Assembly: GCF_009914755.1 (NCBI RefSeq)
Contig: NC_060942.1
Length of the DNA stretch: 64,000 nt
Reading direction: 5' to 3' (one strand)
Source: the human T2T-CHM13v2.0 reference genome, Homo sapiens
Positions 41,758 through 52,875 of the stretch are shown piece by piece (positions within the stretch are counted from its first letter, which is position 1; each line of letters opens with the position of its first letter). The notes below the pieces were generated by a model, which did no database searches, was not told the DNA's origin, and saw only the letters and a program-made list of their open reading frames with translations. The position numbers were made by a program, and so were the translations under genes.

Positions 41758-42559
41758 AACCTCTACAACAATTTGTGCAAAATGGCCATGACTTTATTAA
41801 CTGAAAACTTACCTAATTTTTGCCCCTACCCTCAACTTAGGACCAACCAGAGAAATCCAAGTATTCACCTCTAACAAATCATCCAGGCTATCCCACTTCT
41901 GTAGCCTGCCCACAGCTTTCCCAAGCCAACAGCCTCCAACTGGGGCATTTGCCTATTCTCCTCTGGGTTGCTTGCATTTATTTCCACCTAGGGGAACAAT
42001 GAGGTGAGCCCCATGAATACCCCAGTCCATTGCCTGCAAGGAGTTTCCATGCCACAACACAGGGAGGGTGCTAAAGTGAAGCCCGCCAGTCTCCCAAAGT
42101 GGAACAGACAGAGCTCCACGGAGCCTGGTGAGGTCAGGGTGACTGCAGTCAATGGAGCAGAATCTGGGAGAGGAGAGAGCTGTACAGAAGAGACTAGAGG
42201 AAGGTATGCAATTGCTCCAGCTACCACTGTGGCAACTGGAGCTCAATCTCCTGGGCAGATCTCAGAGTTACCCACATCAGAAAAATGAGACCAGCAGTGG
42301 CTGAGGGTTACTTCTTAAAACCAACTTTCCAGCATTTTTGGCTTGCATTTCTTCTAGGATAGAAAAAAAAAAAAAAAGCCCTAGAAAGAATCACAGTTGG
42401 AATATGGGTGAGGCACTAACAATGCCTGCATTATCTTTGTATTTCCAATTTGCCAGAAGTTTTTTTTTCTCTTCCTGAGCTGGTACTGAACTTAATTAAA
42501 TGTTCTTATATATTTATTGAAATCAGAAGTTCTGTTTTTCTACTTTATTTTGTTGGCGT

Positions 42560-43050
42560 TATCAGTTACCCTGATTCCTTCTTAAATGATAAGTCACACC
42601 TTGTTTCCTAGAATGAGCCCAACTTGTTTGGATGGATTATCCTTTTTTATATACTGTTAGTATTCACTATATACTTTAAAATATACTTTATAAGCTATAC
42701 GCCATCAAGTGTATATAATTTAAACTATCTGCTAATGAGGGTTATTACGGCCTGAAATATTTTTCCTTCTAATGCCTTTATCAGGTTTTGTTATTAAGTT
42801 ATTCTGGCCTCATAAAATGGGCTGGAAAGTAGTTCCTTTTCTATTTTCTGGAAAAGTTTGTGTAAGATTATAAGAAGAATTTTCCAGTACATCCTTTTAG
42901 ACCTGTGGTTTGGGGAATGGATTTATTTACAAATTCAATTTAATTTTAATTAGTACATTTTACTTACTAAAAATAGTATTAGCTGGTTATCTACTTCTAG
43001 AATCTGCTTTTGTTAAGTTGTACTGTTCAAGGAATTTTATCTAAATTTTT
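42560..43050 (-). mobile_element. Degenerate L1 ORF2 fragment
   Basis: TTATTCTGGCCTCATAAAATGGGCTGGAAAGT...CTATTTTCTGGAAAAGTTTGTGTAAGATT, antisense L1M pattern. Confidence 0.7.
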
Positions 43051-43224
43051 TTAAAAATGGAATTATGTCTTAATATGACTAAAAGTTGACAAAGTGTCAA
43101 AGATTACTGAATATAACTTTTATCGCATATGTCTAGATGTTCTGTTAATGGACAGATAGTGTTTCAAAGAGTAAAACAATAAAGACCAACATTATTCATA
43201 AATTATATTTTTTTTTATAAAATT

Positions 43225-43460
43225 TATTTTCTTGTTTTACTCTCAATGAAGTCACTAGTTGTGCTTTCATAATTGAAAATTTTATAATATATAGTTTGTT
43301 TTCTGTTGATACTAATGCCAAATGAAACCAGTTTTCTTGAGCCTTTATAATTTAGATTGATTTTAATTAATTCCAATTTGGAGAAACTACTCTGCAGCAG
43401 CAACTGGAATTTTCAATAAAAAATTTAAAGAAATTCTTAGATTCAGAAATGAATCATAAA
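43225..43460 (-). pseudogene. Fossil hAT transposase C-terminal dimerisation domain (hAT-Tip100-like; host element probably spans ~43050-46490)
   Basis: Manual minus-strand translation across frameshifts: YDSFLNLRISLNFLLKIPVAAAE / SFSKLELIKINL / AQENWFHLALVSTEN / NYESTTSDFIESKTRK, matching the hATC pattern FPNL...LLTIPV..ASAERSFSKLKLIKNYL...QE.L..LA.LSIE...DF...K.RK. Confidence 0.8.
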
Positions 43461-44136
43461 TGTGACATATCATGATTTATATACTATATCAGGTTTTTGT
43501 GATACATTATTTTTATCATGAAAAATATTATGAAATAATTTAATTTTAATTATATATCATTTAATATGTGATTTTTTTACCATCTATATTTTAGCTTTTC
43601 TTCTAATGTCTGAATTTGGAGACTTCATGAAGACAGTCGAAAATATCAGTTAATATTGCACAATTTGTTTAACTTTCTCTAAGTAAGAGTATATTGTACT
43701 TTGACCTTTAATAGCCAGACCACAGTCTCTATAGAAATAAGTTTTGGGGCCCTTTGTATGTAAATCTGTTCATTTTTAGTCATGTAAACATTTCATTTTT
43801 GTTTAAATTTCTTTGTATTTTATTGGAATATGGCTCTTTTTGTAAGCTTCACATGCAATTTCATTTTTGTTCCACATTTTATCATGAATATTACCAGAGA
43901 CACAGCAAAGTTGAAAGCATTTTTAGTAAACACCTATATACTCACCACCTTGATTCTATTAATACCTTTAACATTTTACTATGTTTTATATATTTATCTA
44001 TCAATTCATCACCTATCCATGTGTCAACTCATCTTATTTTTTGATACATCATTAAGTAAGTTATAGATACCAGAACATTCCCTGCTAAATATTTCATCTC
44101 ATGAAATTTCCTTTGATTTTAAAAACATTTCCTTAA

Positions 44137-44382
<246 letters not shown>

Positions 44383-44921
44383 TAAAGATAATGTTGATGA
44401 TTTGCTGTAAAACACTCTGACTATAGCCACAAAAGGTGTTCTTTCAGGCTAGCATATAGAGACTACACTTTTTCCCTACATTTAAAAGATTTTGGTATAA
44501 AATAGAATCCTAAAATTTCTGCCACTTTCAACCAATGAATAAACCATAATTAATTTGAGCACATTGTATTTTGCTGGAAACATTCTCATACTGTCTGATG
44601 ATGCCATGGCCATTTTCCAGGATGATTATTCAATAAACAGAGCCAAGTTTCTCAGGTTTCATATTTTCCACTTCAGTTTGCCTATTTCATCTCTAATTGA
44701 CAAGTCAGAGTTGCGATAATTGCCTTCAGGTTGACTTTTCAAATTGTTATATTCAAAACCAGTAGTTAAATCTTCATTTAGTAAAGATTATGAAATTGTG
44801 AGGATTTCACATGATCTTATAAACTTGTGGATTTGATGAGAATAATTTTATTGCTCATATTCCTTGTTTTAATAAATGATTAAATATAAATAAAAATGCC
44901 AAATGCTTTGTTCATATTTAA

Positions 44922-45270
<349 letters not shown>

Positions 45271-45924
45271 TATTTTTTTCTAGTTTTTAACCATTTAAGA
45301 ATACCTCCGTTTTGGAAATGTTCATTTTTTCCCTATTTTTTCTTTCTCAGGTCTATTTGCATTTTTATTTCCATTGTAATCACTACTTATATTCATTGCT
45401 AATAATCTAAAGGATTAATATGTCATTGTTTTAAAATATAAATGTATTTTCATCAATATTTGTATGTACATAAAGTAAATGACAAAATAAAACATTTGAA
45501 ATTCTTTTATATAGTTTCAAAAAGTTATTTTTTTCTAAAATGTTAAAAATTATCCATCAATATTCAAAAGCAAAATACAAATTACAATTGATAAATATTA
45601 GTACTCCAATTAAAATGTTATTTTTTGAAATGTAAATAAATCTTCTTAAATATTTTTCTAATTCTAACATTTAATCTTATCTAGTTTCTAACATTATGTT
45701 TCAATTAACATATTGACATATTTGAGAGTAATACAATTTTTTTACATATTGCAAAATGTTCCTTAAATTTTTGTGTCCGACTTTTACAAATAAATACTAA
45801 TTTGTGATGATCTTTGGAACCACAACTTAGAAAACCAAGAGAAGTAAAACAAAACCACAGAAAAATCATGTTCAATTCTACTATTACATAACAATATTGT
45901 GTTATGCCAGAATCTATTGCCTTT

Positions 45925-46301
<377 letters not shown>

Positions 46302-46534
46302 TTAGTTAAGTTCTCCCATTGCTAACATTATCCAAGCACAACAACACAATGTCATTTTCTAAAGTCAGCAGCAGCATGAGCCACACACCTTCACGGCATT
46401 TTGAAATACTTGCCTTTTATGCCAGGGCATAGGGTAAGAGATATGGACAAGTATTTCCCTGGGGCCTGAAAAGTGTTAGCTGTGGGAGTAAATGTTTGGC
46501 TCAGTAATTTTAAAATTTAGAACAAAATCTCCTA

Positions 46535-47160
46535 GAGAAAAATAACAAAACCAAAAGTTGAATCTTTAAAAAGCTACTGAGTGAGATTGCTGGCAAAAGT
46601 AATCAAGTAGAAGAGAGAAGATGCAAAGAAACCAAATTCAGAACGACTATGGGAAAATAATCTTAGATACAATAAACTTTAAAAAAAATTATGAAAGGAT
46701 ATTATAGATGGCTGATATGGTTTGGATTTGTGTCCCTGCCCAAATCTTACGTCAAATTGTAATTTCCAGTGTTGGAGGAGGGCCTGGTGGGAGGTGATTG
46801 GATCATGGGCACAGACATCCCTTGCTGTTCTCATGGTAGTGAGTAAGATCTCGTGAGATCTGGTTGTTTAAAAATATGTAGCACCTTCCCCCTTGTTCTC
46901 TTCCTCCTTCTCCTGCCATGTAAGAATTTCCTGCTTCCCCTTTGCCTTCTGCCATGATTGTAAGTTTCCTGAGGCCTCCCCAGCCAGGCTTTCTGTACAG
47001 CCTGCAGGACTGTGAGTCAATTAAACCTCTTTTTAAAATAAATTACCCAGTCTCTGGTAGTTCTTTACAGCAATGCGAGAACAAACTGATATAATGGCTA
47101 TGCCCCAATAAATCTGAAAACCTAGATGAAATGAATATATTTCTAGAAAAATGAAAGAGA
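46535..47160 (+). mobile_element. L1 ORF2 fragment interrupted by an MST LTR
   Basis: AACAAAACCAAAAGTTG...; resumes CAATAAATCTGAAAACCTAGATGAAATGAATATATTTCTAGAAAAA (NLDEM..FLE motif of ORF2). Confidence 0.75.
46713..47093 (+). mobile_element. MSTA/B MaLR solo LTR
   Basis: TGATATGGTTTGGATTTGTGTCCCTGCCCAAATCT...; perfect 5-bp TSD ATGGC (46708-46712, 47094-47098). Confidence 0.95.
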
Positions 47161-47289
47161 GAAAAAAAAACTTCAAGTGGGTAAAAACTTTCAAGTTCAT
47201 TAAATTCCTTGAAATGGTGATCAAAACTCTGTCCAATCTTAAACAGATTAAAATTCAACAAGTGCCGAATTTTGGCTTTATAACATCTT

Positions 47290-47362
47290 TTAATAGATGG
47301 GGACTATTAATTCCTTGAGTGTTTGATTGACACTGAAGGAATTAATAGTCCCTATCTATTAA
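47290..47362. repeat. Long inverted repeat: 33-bp arms, 7-nt loop
   Basis: TTAATAGATGGGGACTATTAATTCCTTGAGTGT (47290-47322) versus ACACTGAAGGAATTAATAGTCCCTATCTATTAA (47330-47362): 31/33 complementary. Confidence 0.97.
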
Positions 47363-47761
47363 GGTCCCAATTAAATTAAATAGTCCCCATTAAATTAAAA
47401 TTAAAATTATTAAAAGATGTTGCCCTAAAAGATAGAAAATTAATTTTAAAAATTAGTATTACAATAAACATAAAAAGACTAAATTCTGTTGAAAACCTGA
47501 TATCTCCAGATTGTATAAAAACAACAAAACCCAACTAAATGCTAAAAATTAGAAACTTAAAGCAAAATTTAGTATTATTTCTTCTATTTTGTTACTTTTT
47601 CTTATGTTTGTTCATATGATCCAGTTTCGTTTTTCTGCCCCCTTTCTCTATGGTTAATGGCTAGTTTCCCTTTTCTGGTGTTCATGAGCTTTATAATCTT
47701 TTCACATTCCCACTCACCTCTCTCAACTCCTCACTCATTCCCACATGAGAAATTTGGTTGT

Positions 47762-48129
47762 TGTATTAGTCTGTTCTCAAACTGCTATAAAAATACTACG
47801 TGAGACTGGATAATTTATAAACAAAAGAGGTTTAATTGACTAACAGTTCCGCATGGCTGGGGAGGCTTCAGGAAACTTACAATCATGGCAGAAGGTAAAG
47901 GGGAAGCAAGGCACATCTTACATAGCAGCAGGAGAGAGAGAGAGACTGAATGAAGAAGTGTCATACTTTAATGCCATCAGCTCTCATGAGAATTCACTCA
48001 CTATCATGAGAACAGCATGGGGGGAGCCACCCCATGATACAGTCACCGCCCACCAGGCCTCTCCCTCGACACGTGGAAATTACAATTTGAGATGAGATTT
48101 GGGTAGGGACACAGATCCAAACCATATCA
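47762..48129 (-). mobile_element. MSTA/THE1D-like MaLR solo LTR
   Basis: TGTATTAGTCTGTTCTC...GAGGTTTAATTGACT...GGAAACTTACAATCATGGCAGAAGG...CCAAACCATATCA. Confidence 0.93.
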
Positions 48130-48183
48130 GTCATCTTTGTTTACTTCCTTTCTTTCCTCTTTATTCTCCCTAACATCAAGATT

Positions 48184-48185
48184 TC

Positions 48186-48258
<73 letters not shown>

Positions 48259-48291
48259 CAGTCAATTTTGCTGTGAGATATATATATATAT
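48184..48291. repeat. Compound (CT)n(AT)n microsatellite with a partial duplicate of the (AT)n end
   Basis: About 20 CT units then about 15 AT units; (AT)nTCCAGTCAA recurs as (AT)nTCTAGTCAA about 35 nt downstream. Confidence 0.95.
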
Positions 48292-48984
48292 TCTAGTCAA
48301 AATCTCTCTTCAAGTTTTCCTCTATTTTAAATAACAAAGAAGGATTTAAAATAAAGGGATATGCAAAGAGATAGCAGACAAATGTAAACACATAGACAGT
48401 GGAACTTCAATATTCCTTTTAAGTTCTTGAAAGTTTATAAGAGCAGTTTAAAGTCTCTGCTTACTCATTTCATATCTAGGTCATCCCGGAGCTGGTATTT
48501 ATTGACTTTTTTCTTGAGTATAGGTCACAATTTTTTGTTTTCTTTGTATTTCTATGAATTTTTTAATTGTATACTGAATATTGTAAATATATGTAGAGAC
48601 TCTGGGTTTAATTATGTTCCCCTGAAACATGTCAAGTCTTGTAGCAGGTTGTCAAATGGTCTCTCCTGTGATATCCAGCAGCTGAAATCTCTCAATTATT
48701 TCAGCCTCCAGCTGCTTTACTTGCCTGGCCTTTTAAAGTCTCACATGCATATGCATGGTCCAATGGTTAAGAGAGTTTATTATCTGGGAAGAGTTTACAT
48801 GCAGACTGATGGACTCACTCCCTCCTGAAGTTTCCTTTCTTTTGGGATTTTCCTTCTAATTGTCTAGTTACCTTGTCAGACTTGAACTGTGGCTCCTGGC
48901 TCCTTAAACTTATAAGACTTTCTGTACCTGCAGTGCAAATTAGAAAGTGCCACCAGGCAAAATGCATGAACCCTTAAATCTCAC

Positions 48985-49594
48985 TGTGGTAGACAAAGTT
49001 CTAAGATGGTCCTTAAGATTCCTGCCACCAGCACACATGTGCTGACTAATCTCTTTCCTTTGAGTGTGGTGAGACTTTTGATTATGACAGCACTTCACTT
49101 GTGCAATTAGGTTGATTATGTGGGAACAGTGAGGGAATTTTGCAAATGTAATTAAGGGTCCTAATCAGTTGACATTGAGTTAGTCAAAGGGGAGATTATC
49201 TTGGGTGGGTGTGATCTAATCACATGAACAGAAGTCAGAGAGATTAGAAGCAGCAGGAACACTCCCACTGTCCTTGAAGAAGCAGCCTCCACATATGAGG
49301 AGTGCCATCTGCCAGGGCTTCATGAGCAGCCTATAAGACTTGACGGCTTTAGTTCTACAGCTGCAAGCATGTGAATTCTGCCAATAGCCAGGGAGCTGGA
49401 AGGAGACCCAAGCCTCAGATGAAATGGCAGCCCTGACTGTCACTTTGATTTCAATCTGGTGTGACCCTGAAGAGAGGACCCAGCTAACACATATCCAGAC
49501 TCCTGATTTACAGATACTATGCAATAATAAATTCATAGTTTTTCAGCCATTACATTTGCAATACTTTGTTAGGCTGCAATAGGAAACTAAGACA
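48985..49594 (+). mobile_element. MLT1E-like MaLR LTR
   Basis: TGTGGTAGAC...TTCTAAGATGG...GTCCTAATCAGTTGAC...GGGAGATTATCTTGGGTGGG...CAATAGGAAACTAAGACA. Confidence 0.88.
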
Positions 49595-51803
49595 TTTACT
49601 CAGTTTAATTCTCATCTTTCAAAGGTCAACTTTCCTATAGTTTCTGTTTGCTTTTGGTAGCTCGTCAGTGGCTTTTAACTGCAATTTTGGGGGTAGCATT
49701 TTGTGCAGATTTTGTAAATACTACTTTCCTTCTACTCCCTTAAACCATCCCGGCAAGGACACAAATCTAAATGCCCCTGCCTATGAAATGGCAGTGGCTC
49801 GTTTGGTGAACTACTTAGGAAATTTGGTTTCCCAATAACTTCTTGGGAATAAAAAAATTAAATGCAATTTTTATTTGTGATTCTCTATTGTTTCATGGGA
49901 GAAGAATCATAGTTTTCCAATGGTTTAGCCAGATAAAAGAACAAATGAGATTATTACACATAAATCCATCTTAAAGGGTTTTATAGTCACACGTATAAAC
50001 CCCGTATGATGAGACCACTGAAGTGAATGCTAAACAAGAGGAAGATTTGCAAAGAATGTCAGTGTTTGGCCTCATGTTATTGTTTGTGTACAGTAATAAC
50101 ACTCATGGACATCTGCCGGGAAGCTTCTCTCCCGAGCTCTTCCAATCGTGCAGAAGTTAATGAATTTTCAAAGAGAAAATGACTTCCATTTCTGCATGTG
50201 GATCAGTTTGTTTATAGCTATGCTTGCAAAAAAAGAATCTGGAATTATTTATTGGTAATTTGCACATTACTAAATAACAGATGGTCTGCAAAAAATATGT
50301 ATTTTGCAACTTTAAAAAAAAAGATTGGATTTCAAATGCCTAATGTGGAGGAAGTCTCATGTTTTATAAAAAGTCCTTCAAGGGACACCAAACTAGCCAG
50401 GCCAAGGGAATACTTCAAAGATTGAAAAGATCTTTTAAAACCCAAGAGATCCTTTCTCAGTGACTGGGGGCAGTTTCCATTGTTATGAATTGCTTTTTGT
50501 GAGATTGCTTGCGTGAGTCTCCTGGTGACATGTAAGAACAATAAAATATTAGTGAGATCCTCAGGGCTGGGGTCATCACCGTGTTTCTTCAAAAAATCTT
50601 GAATAATAATAATGATAAGAAGAAAATTTCATTTTAATTCTGTGGATATGCTGCACCTGATGCCCTAAAACAAAAAAGGAAAGAGAAGACAAGAGATGTC
50701 ACATCCTGTTAGTTTTTACCAAACAGCTGCTTGAGCTCTCCTGGTGGAGAGCTGCCTCCAAGGACTCCTCCGTGGAGATATGTTTGATGGGACACCTCCA
50801 TCTACGTTTTAGTGACAGTAGTGCTCATTCAGTAAGCCCTGATGCTCTGATGTCTGCTGGCAACATTTGCCTGCTCCCTTAGGAAGAAGCTCAGTGCTCT
50901 GATTTCGGGCCTGTGACCCTTTGTGTAAGTGCGTGTGAGCCCAGGGCTCAGAGAGCAGGTAATGAGGTTGAGGACACCAACTAGGGGAGGTGCCATTGCA
51001 CTCGTGAGACAAGAGACGTGCTGCCCAGTGGAGAAGCCCCTTGCTTTCTGCAGCCAGGAGCTCATCCTTCTGAAAGCTTTGTGGGTGGGTAGCGCTATCT
51101 TCTTCCTCCTCCACCCCTCTCCCAAGGGGAGAAGGAAAGCCAATTGTCTAAAGGCTGTTGGACTGATGGGTGAGCAGGTGGAGGAACGGAAGAGGGTGAG
51201 GGCCTCTAGAAGATTTGGGAAGGGCTGAGACCATTTTCTGTCCTCAGGATAACACAGTAGGGTGAGTTGTGCCTTTGAACTAGGACTTCTTTATGGGCTT
51301 AGCCCCTCACTCATAGGCGAGGTTGTTATTTTTTCAGCAGAAAGACAGAGAATACTGATTTAAGAGCCTGAAATTATTGGCAGCTGGTAAGAAGCCCACT
51401 GGGGCTCCTTTTGAGCATTTCAGATACCAAAAAGAAGAGAACTCAAGGTGGTTAGAAATGTCCTTCCAGGACTGCCTAGGACTTCCCCTTTCTAGAAGGA
51501 ATTTGTATGAAAGTTAGTCCTGTTGAAACTATGTGAAATTTGAGGCCCAATCTGTCCTTTTAACCTCATGTGCCCCCAGAAGATTCCAGTTCCTGAATAA
51601 TAATTTGCCAGTTTATAGGTGCATTCTAAGTGTCTGAATTTTCTGTACAGTTTCATTGTATTTACATCATTTAATCTTTAATTTTTTTTTCCCAGAGCAC
51701 ATTTATAAAATTATTACCAAATGGAAAAGAATTAAAAAGCATCAGAATATCAATGGGGTGGGGGATGCTGGAAGCTTCAGTGTTCATATGGCCAGAGATA
51801 CTT

Positions 51804-51952
51804 CCATGAGGAATGAAAAGGAAAAGAGAACCATAAGGAATGAAAAGGAAAAGAGAAAAGCAAGGAAAAAGGGAAGAAAGAGAGGGGAAAAAGGAAAGGG
51901 AAGGAAGGAAGGAAGGAGGGAAAGAAGGGAGGGAGGGAGGAAGAGAGGGAGA
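51804..51952 (+). repeat. 27-bp tandem duplication followed by a GGAA/GGGA purine tract
   Basis: CCATRAGGAATGAAAAGGAAAAGAGAA twice (51804-51857); (GGAA)4 at 51899-51914. Confidence 0.9.
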
Positions 51953-52420
51953 GTCCCTGGGAGCAGTTCTCTGGTGTGTTTCTTAGACCGGAAGGATGCA
52001 TTGCTCAGGCTGGAGTCAACGTGTGAGCTGGGTGAGATGGGCTAACTTTATTCCTGTTTTACAGAGGAGGCAGCCACATGACTTGTCCAAGGTCAGCAAT
52101 TTCCTTAGCTATACTGCTGAATTACAGCCCAGATCTAGACCCTGAGCGGTTGTTTCCACTCAGAAAAAATGATTTGAGAAGGTCAGTAAAAGTCCATGAA
52201 GCCATCTCACAAGGGGCTCACCAAGGAGAGGACATCTCAGAGGTGGCTCTGAGAGCCTTTGTGTCTGCATGGGAAGACTTCCAACTTTTCTGAGCTACTG
52301 CATATCAGCTTGGGGCTAGGGTTTCAGGACCATAGAAACTGAAGTGACACCTGAGTCCACTTCCAGTGAGGGGCCAGTTTTGCCATGACCAAGCCTGTGG
52401 TTTTAAGATAGTGGGTGTCC

Positions 52421-52875
52421 AGAGGAGAAAGGGAGTGGGAAACAGGCAGTGAGAGTGAGGGCCAGGGGAGGGACATAAGGAGGGAGGGAGAGAGAGAGGG
52501 AGGGTGAGAGAAATGGAGAGGAAACCAGGAGAGAGAGAGGGAGAGAGAGAGGAGAGGGAGAGAGAGAGGAGAGGGAGAGGGAGGAAGGGAGAGGGAGGGA
52601 GAAGGGAGGGAGAGCAGAGAGAGGGAGGAAGGGAGAGAGAGAAGGAGAGAGAGAGGGAGGAAGGGAGAGGGAGAGAGGGAGGGAGAAAGGGAGACAGAGA
52701 AGGATAGAGGGAGGTAGAGAGAGGGGGAGAAGAAAGGAGAGATGGAGAGAGGAAGAAGGAGAGGGAGACTGAGGAAGAGGAAGAGCGGGAAAGGGAGAGA
52801 TGGAGGAGAGAGAAAGAAAGAGCTAGCAGGGAGGAGGAAGAGAAAAAGCGGGAGGGAAAGAGGGGGAGAGGGAGA
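52421..52875 (+). repeat. ~450-bp GA-rich polypurine tract
   Basis: Uninterrupted purine runs at 52527-52614 (88 nt) and 52616-52694 (79 nt). Confidence 0.95.

Larger units (their letters stand above)
40688..41953 (+). mobile_element. ERVL-class LTR (MER54/MER73/LTR53-like; subfamily uncertain), 3'-truncated, interrupted by MST
   Basis: ATAGAACTCTGACACACAAC...CCCAGGAAGCC...AACTTAGGACCAACCAGAGAAA...CCAACAGCCTCCAA resembles a recalled ERVL LTR consensus. Confidence 0.6.
40555..42225 (+). mobile_element. Old L1 (L1MC/MD-type) 5' region split by nested LTRs; pieces at ~40555-40687 and ~41985-42225
   Basis: TTTGAAACAACAGTTTTCAGGCATTG...GTAATCCCTGAGA resumes as GGGGAACAATGAGGTGAGCCCCATGA...AGAGGAGAGAGCTG. 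Confidence 0.55.

Noticed and set aside
46713-48129. Two MST LTRs as one full MaLR element
   Set aside because: They are in opposite orientation, the first has its own perfect TSD, and the interval is L1-like rather than MaLR internal sequence.
49300-49318. CTCF-like motif (CTGGCAGATGGCAC on the minus strand); similar partial matches near 50740 and 58840
   Set aside because: Mismatches in the conserved 5' core; cannot be supported without PWM scoring or ChIP data.
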